Shown here piece by piece: positions 13,067 to 25,260 of a stretch of DNA of 64,000 bases. The notes beneath the pieces are model-generated. The model was given only the letters and a program-made list of their open reading frames with translations, ran no database searches and was not told where the DNA came from. This DNA comes from Lama glama (Eukaryota): NCBI GenBank assembly GCA_028534125.1, contig CM052817.1:80602001-80666000 (forward strand), written 5' to 3'. A program made the translations under genes and the position numbers. Position 1 is the first letter of the stretch, and each line of letters starts with the position of its first letter.

Positions 13067-14369
13067 AAGGCAGAATGTAAGTAATGTGACATGGGGATGA
13101 AAAATGGTAAGAGTAAAGCTTGGTGATGTGATATATTATCTTGCTCTGTGTCTGTCCTTCCTAGTACTGGCACATCATTTATTTCTCATTTATGAGTTTC
13201 TCTCCCATCAACTTCACTGTATTTTTACAACTTGCAGTGATTTCTTAAACTCTTGGTCTCCCCCTGACAGAGGCTAATCCCACTACGTTCAGGAAAACTG
13301 TTAAGACCATCAACCACCCCTCCCTGACCTGAACATACTGTAGTGGCTCACGTGCACACGGGAGCAAGATTACCTAGTGGACGTTAACATTTATAATATT
13401 TCTGAGAATGTGACTGGGGAGAAGGGCAGATTTTTCTTACTGGAAACGTTATCAAATTTTTTCTAAAACGGTCTGTATATACCATGAAGTTACAAAGAGC
13501 AGAAATGTCCCTCCTTCTGTGGAAACTTGAGTTGTCATCCACCAGGATTTCCACCCGTTCTAGGGCTGTGCTTTCACATTGGGGTGGGGGAGTTTCCTGT
13601 CGCGTATACATAGATACTGTGTTCTCACCCTTTTATCTTGAGTGCTGTCTGCTGCTCTGTTACCTATATTTTCTTTTTCTTGCTGTTAAAATACCCAGAT
13701 CTCACCACTTTATCTCCTCTGTCCTCAGATGTGCTGTCTCTGATGATTCGGAAATTGGTGAAGCACACAGACATTAGGAATGCCTACTACGAGAGCGCTG
13801 TCAGTGCGTGAAAGTGCCCCATGGGTTACTTGAAGGAATTAAACCACGTATGAAATACCCCATATTAAAGCGATGGAATCTTTTAAAAGGAGAAAACAAA
13901 ACTCTTTGTACAGCCTGATTAAAGGTCTGTCACTTATGTTCATAAACAAGTTTGGAAGAGAAAAAACAAAACAAAACAAAAAAACCCCAGATCTCAAGTA
14001 GTCCCCACTCTTTTTATTTATAATGTCATCTCACTAAGAAAGAAAGAAGCATCTTTATCTGCCTCTCAAGAGTAAGCTCAGAGAATGTGTATATACATTT
14101 TGCAGCCATTATATTTCCTTGCTGTCCACCCTCCACACTCGCAGCCCCTGTAATCCGGCATTTGACAGAAATCACTTCGGCCATGGTCATCTTTTGTCTG
14201 TCCCCAAAGGTTTTGCTTCTGATTTTGCCTTCCAAAGTAATAATCACGTCTGGCCTAACATTAGTGATGGCAGAGTTTCTTACTTATCCTAACATTGCTA
14301 CTGACTTCTTTCTTTCGTCTAACTGTGAGTATCCCTGGCAATTCTCTTGTTTTTTCCTACCCTAGGAAA

Positions 14370-14505
14370 TGCATCCTCTGACATGGCTTCAAGTTATCTG
14401 CCACGTCTGGATGACTCACAAATCCGTATATGCAGCTCTTACTGTAACAGACACATACCCAAAGTGACACACCATTATAAGCAGCTTCTCCACTTGGGTA
14501 TCTGG
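14370..14505 (+). mobile_element. L2 fragment
   Basis: 'catggcttcaagttatc...gatgactcacaaatccgtatatgcagc...ctccacttgggtatct'. Confidence 0.6.
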
Positions 14506-14510
14506 AAAAC

Positions 14511-14590
14511 TTTGGTTGCACCACATGAAATCACCAATTTAGTAGATAAAAAAAATAGTCAAATAACTATTTTATATGATTCAACCTGGT
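14511..14590. mobile_element. MADE2-like mariner MITE
   Basis: ~80 bp with decayed TIRs 'ggttgcaccacatgaaat'...'attttatatgattcaacc'. Confidence 0.7.
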
Positions 14591-15029
14591 AAGTTATGTC
14601 TCCAAACTGAAGTTAGTTGCTTTCTACAAACAGCCTCTCACTGCTGTTGCGGTTCTGGATGGTTGGGTGCCAGGCTTGTTCCCTCGGGACATCTGTGGCA
14701 GCCTCTCTCTCCATGTTGTCTCCATTTCCCCTGCAAGGGAGGAGGCTTGTCGCTGTTCTCCGATTTTTCCTTCTTCCTAATCACGTTGTCCCTGGAGTCC
14801 CTGAGGAAGCTTGCATACCGCTTTTTATAATCAGATTTGTGCCCAGGAGCACTGATTCTTGGGTAATATAGGTTTGTTTATTGGCACTTCTCTTGCGGGG
14901 GGGGGGTCCTATGTATCTCTTGTTTGAAATTAAAAACATTTGTGATGAGATACAAGGTTCTTTCTTGCTCAGTTTTTCAACATATATCTCCTACTCTACC
15001 CTGGGTCTATTATTCTTAGCTTAATAAAC

Positions 15030-15185
15030 CACCACTTAATTTCAGTAAGCTTTGATTTTCTCATCGGCAAATAGGGACTAATAATATTAACAGTCTCATA
15101 AGGCTGTGGTTGAAATTAACTTAATACATACAAACCACTTAGAAAGTGCCTGGGACGTAGTAAGCTCTTATTGAATGTTAATTAT
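15030..15185 (+). mobile_element. MIR
   Basis: 'ttttctcatcggcaaatagggactaataat...cacttagaaagtgcctgggacgtagtaagctc'. Confidence 0.8.
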
Positions 15186-17916
15186 GCTGGGAAAAAATTG
15201 AGAAGATTTATTATCGTGTGATGAGTTCAAATATCTTTTGCTGTTTTCTATATTTTTGTAACAAAACCAAACCAAACCAAACCACACTCAAAATTCGCAG
15301 CTTTTTTAAGGAGTCATGTTTAATTTTGGGTCTGTTAAAAGCTTTGGTTAATTCTGACTTGTCTTGATTCAATTTCATCCTCCTTAATTATAGTGCTCTT
15401 TAATAATGGTTCAAAAAAAAAGCTAAAAAAATCATGTACTCTTTAGGAGGCGTTTAATATCAAGGATTCTATTAAAGGGTTGCTATGAAGAAAATCTTCC
15501 AGTAAAGGTGATTCTCAAACTTCAGTTTGCTGAAATGGCCCAAGAAATATAGTGAGGGATTTGTACTGCGGCAACGTCTTTGAAGTCTGGTCGCCTGCCT
15601 TTAATTTTGCAGTAAGCGCCTAATCTCATTAGATTTCATACACTCAGTGTTTGCACTTGCACAAAAGCTGTCCAAACAAAGCCAAAATGTTGACACCACC
15701 ATCCTCTGATGGCATTTAGAATGAATATATTAAACACACTTGCACTAGCATTGCATTAAGCTAAGAAATAAATTTTGAACTTTGAACTCAGCAGGGTAAA
15801 AAAGCTTTACTTGGTAGCCCAGCAATTGTGTTGTGATGTGGTGTGGGGAATTCACTGTGTTGTTCAGAGAATCCAAACTTGCAAACATCCTCTACATACA
15901 GTAGGCACTGCACCAGTCAAGAATTAAAGTAAGGAACAGCCCTCAAATCCTGTTGTTAGGGACCTAAATGGAAGGTGAAGTGGGCTGGTGGATTTGCTTT
16001 GAAATTCACTGAATAAACTTTGATGAAATTCACTTCAGAGAAGGACTCAAAATGAAAGAACATCTTTTAGCTAGTGTGTGAGAGTCTGTCTTTATTCAAT
16101 TCCCCTTGCTAATTGACAAATTTGGAGATTTTCTTTAAAAATCTAGCAATCATATCTTTTTATTGAAGGTTGGGAAGCTGACAATTGTAAAGAGAGCTCA
16201 AAAAATAAGACTTGTTTGTGCCTTCTCACAGAATGAAGATAGTAGCAAGGCTGGAATGGAGAATTAACTAAATCTAACGGCTAGAGGCATTTAATGGTTT
16301 CTAAATAGATAGAACCTAAAAGAAAAAAAATTTCCCCATGAATATGTGTAAATGTTTATAAACCTACATACCTGGAACAAAGCTATAAATTAGGAAGTAT
16401 GTACCAGAAACCTTTGATCAAGGAAAAGAATTATCATAAAGTTCATTATTAAAATTGGTGCACGTTACTGAGAATCTCAGTTGCTTAGACCAATTGCTTT
16501 CACTCTTGACTTTGTTTTCTTTTGCTTGGGTATTTGATTTTGGCTTATATCAACGGATTTTTAGAAGAAACACCATTTGCAGTGTATCACACTAGCTGTT
16601 GTCAGAATACCGTTGACGACGTTACCTGTTCTGTCTTATATCATCTTTATCATGAACACTGTGAAAAAAATTCTCTTAGGTCTTCATGTCAAGAGTGGTA
16701 GTAATTTTTTTTTAAAATAGCTGGCTTGTTTTTATTTTCTGATCATTGTAAATCTGTAACTAGTTGATTACCTTTTCATCTTTGCTTTGGCTTCCAGGAA
16801 GCTTAGAGCTGTAATTGCTACCTAGTGCCAGCCATTATAGAGGGCTACAGGAGATGCAGTCCGTGCGTGTTACTGACGCGTGGCTTTATTATTTGCCTAT
16901 TCTTATTTTCCCTTTGTTCAAATTCCCTAAAAAATCACTATCTTATTTATTGCATAATATTAAAAAGCTGCCACCAATCCTTTGTAGAAAGGGATCTGTA
17001 TACACACATTCATACATTCACAGGTTCGTGCTTGTGGCATCAATGGTATATGGCTTCCAAATTGGGAGCTGGAAACTAGAAGGTGAGGGATGATTGCTAG
17101 GGAAAGAAGGACAGAAAAATGTCAACCGACATGACAACTGATGAACTCCACTGAGGACACCAGCAAACTGTCACAAGAGACAGGGGTGGGAATTCAAAAA
17201 AGCACACCTGCCCAAGACCAGGCAAGGTAGGGCTGAAGTACCTCTCCTGTCTCTAGAATCCGAGGATTGGTAGTTTGCTGCGGTTCTGCACCCATTGTTA
17301 TAAAATGACCTCAATCATAAGATAAGATTATATTATATTCCACATACTTTGTCTAACAAGGCAGCGTTCTGCTTACTACCCTTTTGAAAGATGTATCTTA
17401 AAGAAGAATGTGTCTCTTTCAAGGACTGAACTTCAGTTATTGAGAAAATTAACTCATTAACTCAGCCAAAACCCTTGTCTTCTCAGTGAGGTTGAATCGA
17501 AGTATCCTAAAATCACCACATGCAAAACATCTACTGCATGACCAGCTTTAAAATTATTACTTTATTTCTGAATACACCATTGCAATAAGCATATTCAAGA
17601 GGCTGGTGGGCTCGGTTGCGTCACCTGATCCCACCAGCCATCAAGGACAACCTGGGCTCGCTGAGCTTGAGCGTGTGAGGATGAGTCACCACCCACGAAG
17701 GGCAAGTCTAGTAACAAGGGCTGAGTGGGAATTTGATTCAGATGTAAGTTGGTTAATAGCAAAAGCTAATGTCTCTTTGACTCAACTACCTTTTCTTTTC
17801 ATGAGATGCCAGAAGCTCCCTGGTCTGCAGGAGTAGGGTGGATATTGCCATGAGAGACAAAGATGTTTTCTTCTCACTTGTACGTGAACAAAGGCAATAG
17901 AGACATTACCTGAGCT

Positions 17917-18148
17917 AGTGTGGTGCACTGTTCAAAAGGATGGATGCTGGAGCAGAATTCCTGGGTTTGAATCTTGGCTCTGCTCCTTATTTGCTGGGTG
18001 GTCGTGGATAAGTTCCTTAACTTCTCTGTGTCACCAGCTTCAAAATGGGGCTAATAGTATCCCATACTGCAAAAGGTAGTTGCGAGAGTTGCTATAAGTA
18101 AAGTGCTTAAGACAGTACCTGACTTTATTCAATATATTAGATGTTATA
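17917..18148 (+). mobile_element. Near full-length MIR
   Basis: tRNA-like head 'cctgggtttgaatcttggctctgc', core 'aagttccttaacttctctgtg', tail 'aaagtgcttaagacagtacctg'. Confidence 0.85.
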
Positions 18149-18420
18149 TAAATGGCATATTAAATATAACTCAGTTAATTATTAAATCATACTAAATATT
18201 GCCATGGAAGTCAGAAGAAGGGAGAAGTTTATTCCACTTCTAAAGTAGTATAAATTACTCCTTTCTCCTTACATAACATTAAAGTTGCTCTTCACGTTAC
18301 ATCTGCAGTGTTTGTGAATGTCTTATTCTGTTCTATATACATGCCACTGAAACGCTTAAAAGGCAGTAGACTGTGGAGACACTGATTTGAATCTTGACAT
18401 AAAAAGGTTTTCAGATCTAA

Positions 18421-18628
18421 TTAACAGACACATATTACTACAAAAAAATAGATAAACAACAAGGACCTACTATAGAGCACAGGGAACTATATTCAATTTC
18501 TTATAATAACATATAATGGAAAATAATTTGAAAATAAAAAAATGTATGTGTATAACTGAATCACTTTGCTGTACCCTGAAACTAACATTGTTAGTCAACT
18601 ACACTTCAATAAAGAATTTTTTAAAAAG
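18421..18628 (+). mobile_element. Cetartiodactyl L1 3' UTR end
   Basis: 'agataaacaacaaggacctactatagagcacagggaactatattcaat...ataactgaatcactttgctgtaccctgaaactaac...cttcaataaa'. Confidence 0.85.
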
Positions 18629-19067
18629 CTTATTTTAAATATGGCTTTAATCTCATTTTAAAAGTAACAGAATCACGTTACCAAAATTTGTCTCCTTTTA
18701 GTCCAATCATGTGAACAGAACCACCGTTATGGAATAAACTATATGGTGTGTTCCATTCAGTCTCTCTTTTGTCTATGGGCATTAATGGATGTGTGTATGT
18801 GTTAGTGACAGTGATTCTTGAACTATTTTTTTCCTACCATACTTAATGGATGTTAACTTAAACATGCTCAAAATATTCCTCAAGCATTTCCTAACATGTT
18901 GACTGTATTCTATTTCTTCACTGAAAAATAAGGAAAATAATTTGTAAATCTGAACATCTTAATGGATTATTTGCAACTCAGTATCAGCTTAATGGACAAA
19001 CTTGTATTTCATCTTTTCACTTAATAGTATATGTAAGGACTTTCCAGGTAATTATGAATTTTAGAAT

Positions 19068-19920
19068 TGTTATTATGAAAAATTTTCAGACACACACACA
19101 CACACACGAGGAAAATACAATGCACCTTGCATCCGTCTCACTAGATTAAACAATTCTCCTCATTTTCTCACACTTGCTTCATCTCCCTCTTTTCTCTCTC
19201 TATGGTGGAAACATTTTAAAGCAAATCCCAGACATTGTGATATTTTGCCATTTCATCCATAAACATTTCAACATGGGTCTCTTAAATCAGTAATTTTTCA
19301 TAGAACCACAACATCTTTATCACAATGAACAAAACTAACATCTAATTCAGGTCATATTCATATTTCTCCCAAAGACTCAGTCAGGTCATTCTTGGATTGG
19401 TTTGCTGGCTTCAGGATCCAGCAAAATCCACACATTACATTTGGTATCGGGTCTCTTAAATCTTTATAATCTAAAACCATGCCATCCAACATGGTGGCTA
19501 CTGGCCACAAGTGGCTTTTTAAATTTAAATTAATTAAAATTAAACGACAGTAAGAAGTTCAGATAAGTCATGCTGGCCACATTTCAGGTGCTCAGTAGAC
19601 ACACATGTCTAGTGATTATCATATAGAGCACAGATGCAGAACATTTCTATCATTATTGCAAAGTGCTATTGTACACAGGCTCTAAAAGATTAACTTCTCC
19701 CTTGCTTATCCCGAGATCACTGAATTACTGAAGAAACAGGGTCAGTTGTCAGCAATTCTGAATTGCTTACTTAAGGACAGTTTCACTTGTTCTTCTCAAC
19801 CTGGTATTTCTTGTACGTTGGAAACTTTATCTCAAAATCTTGATTAGGTTTAAGTTCAGCCACTTTAGGGTGGGGCAAGGGGCAGAAGTACTTCCTAGGT
19901 GGTTCTGTGTACTTCAATAA
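19068..19920 (-). mobile_element. Old L1 (L1MC4-like) 3' region, interrupted by MER3
   Basis: 'ttattatgaaaattttcagaca...attttaaagcaaatcccagacatt...cacacattacatttggt'. Confidence 0.75.
19477..19679 (-). mobile_element. MER3 hAT-Charlie MITE
   Basis: 'ggtggctactggccacaagtggc...tttaaatttaaattaattaaaattaaa...gccacatttcaggtgctcagtag'; near-perfect 8-bp TSD atctaaaa/ctctaaaa. Confidence 0.85.
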
Positions 19921-19929
19921 TCATGATTT

Positions 19930-20270
19930 TTATGATCACTTTTTACTTCATTGAGTGTATATACAACAATATTATACTTGTTGTCTTTTATTATTGTGTA
20001 CTTAGTTTGTTTCCATTTTAACTATATATATAATATTGTTTTAACTATTTCTGTGAGTAGAGATTTTGCTGTTTCTGTATCCTAAGGTACTTCTTTAAGA
20101 TAAATGACTGAAAAATAAAACTATACATTAAAATTAATAGCAATTTGATGGCTCTTGATAGATGTTATTTAATCATCTTTTCAAAAGGATTGTACTAACT
20201 GATGCTGCCCCCAGTAGTATGTGGGTGCTAGTTTTACCATATCTTCACCAGCATTGAGTATTATCATGGA
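19930..20270 (-). mobile_element. Old L1 (L1ME-like) fragment
   Basis: 'tacttagtttgtttccatttt...ttcaaaaggattgtactaac...ccatatcttcaccagcattgagtattatc'. Confidence 0.6.
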
Positions 20271-22479
20271 AATGATCACAGTTTTTTTTTTTTCAATATA
20301 ACAGCACCCTGCAATTTGAATCGGTTTCTCTCTAGTCCTTCTTAGTCCCTGACGTCTTGGGCAGGCTCGCAGCAGTGAAGCCTTTCTTCCAGCAGGGTAC
20401 AGTTTTCAACATCCTACATTTGAAGGCAGGATGCACCAGGAGACTTTGCCCTGGGCCTTTCCTGCCCAGATCCTTTGGGCTGATAATCCCTTTTCTCTCT
20501 TTATGATTCATTCTGAGCAGGCTTAGCAGTTAAGCTTCTATTTCCAGTTTTATGCTCTGTTCCTCCCCCTCGCCTAGATCTGAAACATCCTTTCCTTCAA
20601 CAATTCAGATGTCTTGGCTATTCATTTTCCCCTTTGGTTTAGAAAGCTTTAGTTGTCGATTCCATTCCCTTGACAGCAACAATTTTTATTCTTACTGGCT
20701 TAGTCAGGCTGTCTGCCCTGGCTTTCTTTATAAGTGTTTTTGTGTAGAATTTTTGCCTCCTAGGAAGCCCACTGTAGCATAACATAATTAAGTGACAATA
20801 TATGAGGTGGCTGGACTTTACAAGCAGTTAATGACTGGTCGGAAGATTTATAAACAAGAGGTGAAATCAAAGAGAACCGAACACTCAAGTTCTATATAAA
20901 TAAAAAAATAAAAAATTAATGTGGTTTAAATTGTTGTTTAACAAGTATTTGAAAAGAAAGACGTGAAGACGTGCATATTAAGAAATCGTGAAATGCAGTT
21001 TTGTATCCACTAACATTACTCCCATCTGCACCTTCTAGCTCCTTTTCCAGCCTCGCATATTTGCCGGCCTCCCATAACCTTCTTCAGCATTTGCTTTCCA
21101 GTCTGTTGACCTCTGGCCCTCCTCTGCTTCTTCACTGCTCCCTCGTACATTTTCAGTAAAAATAAAACAAGTGTGACTGAGGTCAGAATCTGGCTCTTTA
21201 TACAAAGCTACACAGGCAAGATGCAAACCAGTACAGAAAATGTGTATCATGGGAAAGTTAAAATTACAATGAGAAACTTAACTTTGGAATTTCCTGCGTG
21301 AGCCTTCTCTTAAGTTAATGTTTTGATCTGGTGTCTTTATTTGGCTTAAATGAAAAGTCAGAGCTGAGGTAGAAGAGAACAAATCAACAAACAAACAAAA
21401 TACTTACAAGCAACCTACTAAGCTGTGATGAAGACCACACAACAGCACAGGACTCTCAGATGGCTGTGCTGAGTCTTTACAAAATCGTGTAGCATCGGCC
21501 AGACTACGTGACTGAATACTTATAAAAACTGTGCTAAAATCATGCTACACATGTACAGACTGATTTCTGGATTCCTGATAGCTGTGTCCTAATTATGCCT
21601 TTTCCAAATCTATCTTCTGTTTTTTCAGGAGCTCAGAAATAAGCATGTGGAAAGTTCTGTTAAAACAGCCGGATTGTTACTGTATACAAAGAAGTGAATG
21701 TCAGTCCAAAAAGTATCCCCACCCCACCTCAAATAAACCTAAAGTGGTTGAACATCTCATACTAGGTTGGGAGAAGGGTTTAGTGATGATATCATCAACT
21801 GCTTCCTTCGAAGGGCACCAGCTGGCACAAAATTATTACTTGTTAGTATGTGATGGGTGAAATTGCGGTCGCAGCCATCGGAAGGTGCACAGCTCTTCTG
21901 TGCTATTCTAGCATTCATCCTTTTCTGTTTCTGATGGTGAGACTTTGGCATAATCAACTCAGAAATGAAACTAAGATTTTGAGAACTTTTCACACTTTCC
22001 TTTAGAAGGTTATGAAAGCCAAGTCTTTGTTGTGTGAGGGAGTTGGGATCTGTGGCTTTCAGAAGTGTAATTAATCGTGTTTAGTCTTTAGGCCTGTTAC
22101 TGGCGTAACTGCCAGGGCTTTTATTGCTATAAGGCCGTTTTCAAGATGGTGTTCCAGCAGGCTCCATTTACCTTTCCTTTCCTTACACTTCTAAGGAAAA
22201 AGGATCTGTTGTGAAGCACCAGTGAGCCTGACTGTTAAGACAGATGTGGGTCATTCTGGTATTCATCTTTGCAGATATTTCTGGCTCTGAGGGATTTGTT
22301 CCTAGTCACTAACTCTACTAGCGACTTAGAGAAAAATCAAAATCCAAGTTTTCTACTGTAGAACTGGAGACACATCTGATGTTGGGACAAGGTCTTACTT
22401 TAAACTAGGTGAGAATTGAACTAGAGCCAAAACACTGGAGTGTCTCAAAAAATTGTTGAATGAATGAATGCCTGAACAA

Positions 22480-22870
22480 ATCTCCTTGTTGAACTTACAA
22501 GCTGTTCCTTTTGTTATTGTAAACTCCTTTGTATGGACATCTCTGCAGCTTTTTCTTAGTGCCCAATTTTGCTAGGTATAAACTCCTAGAAGCAGAGTTT
22601 TGAGGCTGAGCTATGTGCATATTGAAAAAAAACTGATGTGTATTGACAAATTTCCTTCAAAAGATTTACATCAAATTACACATCTATTAATAGTACATAG
22701 AAATGCTAATCTTCCTGGTTTCTCAGCAATAGTGGGCATGATCCTTCAAAATCTTTACCAATTTCTTAGTTGCAAGAAAAGAATCTGATTATTTAATTTA
22801 AGTTTACATATTTTTGGTATTCTTAAGTCCGAGTAAAATGTCCTGTTTCTGTTGTTTTATTCTTAGTGAA
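22480..22870 (-). mobile_element. Old L1 (L1ME-like) fragment
   Basis: 'aaactcctagaagcagag...tattgacaaatttccttcaaaagattta...ttaccaatttcttag'. Confidence 0.6.
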
Positions 22871-24692
22871 CTGGGATCATATCACTCACTACAGAATATA
22901 AGGGAGACTTCATTATTGCATAATAGTTACAAATAAAATAAAAATTAAGTCAATTACTCCTCCCCAAAGAAAGCTTCATCACGTCAGTTCTGGAGAATGT
23001 CTCCAAGTGGCCCCATACTTCTGGGCATCTGTTAGTTTTGGAAAAGCTTTTGTAGAGCTTTTTTCACTCAATCCATTGTACTTTTGTTAAAAAAAAACAA
23101 TAAATAATAAAGATATATGTGTTTTGTGGAAAGAAAACTCCACATTTGAGAGTCTTAATGCTTAAATTTTGAGGAAAGAGGATAATTATCTTATAAAGAG
23201 TTCCTGCACATAGTAACATGTATCTTAAGGGAAAGGATACATTACAGACAATGTTTCGATGGTCACGGGTAGAATGAGGGGAGCCTGGCTTCTGTGCCGT
23301 GTGTGGGAGCTTTCCTCCCAGGATATTAAAAGCATAATTGGTTTTGTAGTGGGACAGAGCATTCTCAGCCATCCTCTTGTGTCTTGCTCTGCAGGTTTAT
23401 GTACTTTTGGTAATAAATGTGTCCATGTAAACCAATGGAGCCTTTCCATTCTCCATGCCTGAAGACACCTCTGTCTCTAGTTCTGTGAGTCCTCAAACCT
23501 TTGAAAAAATGCTCACGTGCCACTTTCCTCTGTGCGCTTTACTGCCCTCTCTGAAGGTCTGAAAAGCAGCTCCCTCAGCAAGAAGGGTATGTGCGTATTT
23601 ATGTTTGTGTTTGTAAGATTTCGGTTGGAAAGGCTGAAGATTTCAGGCAGAAAATACAGCATTTTGGTCACATTTTATGGATTAAATGGCTTCTGTTATT
23701 TCATATGTTGGAGACACCTAATCATTGTTCACACATTTTCCTGGTTATATTTGACCAAGGAATATTGCAGCATTCAATCCGCATGCACCAGCACCTGTTC
23801 ATATATTGTCAAATAATTCTCGAAAGCAAGAACAGGTCATGTAGCTCTCAGTTACCTTTTTTGGCTGATGTGTGGATTTTCACAGGCTGCAATGGAAATA
23901 TTGTGAACAAGGATTATCTCTTCAGGCTTAGGTGTAAACACTAGAGCTTACTATAATAACTTGGATCATGCACCATCCTAGGAGCCAGGGTTATTTCCTT
24001 GAGACACTTGAGTGGATGGATCAGTTGCCAAGCAACTTGCATTCTTACAGGGCCAAGCTGGGGAACAAAAGGCTGCCAGGTGGTAATACAGGGAAGGAAA
24101 GTGACAAAGATGCATGGAAAAATAAAGCCTCCATCTGGGATCTGTAGTGCATAACTGTTTAGAAATTTGGAATATGTTCCCTCTTAATAATTCATTTCAA
24201 CAGCTATTAATCAATGGCTACATCTTTAATATCTATGCCTATCTCTCCATCTGTCTGTCCACCACCCATCCATTCATCCACCCTGGCAGAGTGATGTTCA
24301 GATTAGAAATTATAAGTAGTAAGTTGAATTGTATATCTTATATTAACTACTTTGCCAATAATTATTCTTCATAATTATTTCTTACTCATTCACATAATTC
24401 CCTCTGTTCCTTTCCCCCTTCTAGGTCTTACGCATCTGTACTTTTCATCTCCTTGTCACCTGCTTTCACTTTCTTTTTCTCTCAGGACTGATTGTATAGA
24501 TAGGACCATTGCTTCACTGCTAATGGGTGCTTAGATACTCACCTAAGTTGGAAATTCGGATTCCTATAGAAGATTGTCATCGCTGGCCTCATGGCTCTGC
24601 ACTAGATGAAATCTCTCTCCTCGACACCTGTGTGCTGAAAGTTAGCATCCTGGTGTCCATGTGGGAAACAGTGGTAACACTCCAAAATGTCT

Positions 24693-24788
24693 GTTTGTTT
24701 ATTTATTTATTAATGGAGGTACGAGGGATTGAACCCAGGGCCTCATGCGTGCTAAGCATGCACCCCTCCACTGAGCTATACCCTTCCC
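24693..24788 (-). mobile_element. tRNA-Ala-derived SINE (camelid Vic-1-like), short AAAT tail
   Basis: Reverse complement gggaagggtatagctcagtggaggggtgcatgcttagcacgcatgaggccctgggttcaatccctcgtacctcca + ttaataaataaat; Pol III A/B boxes. Confidence 0.85.
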
Positions 24789-25069
24789 ACCAGCTTTACA
24801 TATTTGAAAACGTGTGTCAATTCTGTTTTTTTCGAATACACTATAGAAGTTAACCTTTTCTCATTATAGAAACTGAAACCAAGAAACGACGAATTCCTTC
24901 TTTCTGCAAGGTCTGCCAGCACTGTATCAGATTGCGCTCCTCCAGCTTTGGGAGTTTTAATAGGTTGCCCCTAGGACAGTAACCATAGAAATCCAGTTGT
25001 CCTCAAGAATTTCAGAAAAAAAATGCAGTGTAGTTTGGGGTCATATCTGAAGGAAGAAGAAAACTATTA

Positions 25070-25260
25070 TTTATTTAGTGCTTACTATATGCTTGCCATT
25101 GTCTTAGTCATTTCTTGATAGACTTTAAAATGTTATCCACAAAAATCTTTGTATTGTGGGTATTGTTATCCCATTTAAAAATCTGTAACTAAGGCTTGAA
25201 GAGGTTAAGTAACTTGCAAAAGATCGCTGGGCTCCAGAAAACTAGGGTTTCTGCCCCTGG
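25070..25260 (-). mobile_element. MIR
   Basis: 'tttatttagtgcttactatatg...tattgttatcccatt...gaggttaagtaacttgc'. Confidence 0.8.

Noticed and set aside
12769..13173. Five overlapping ORFs rich in C/V/Y/M or H/T
   Set aside because: Translation artefacts of the (TG/TA)n simple repeat
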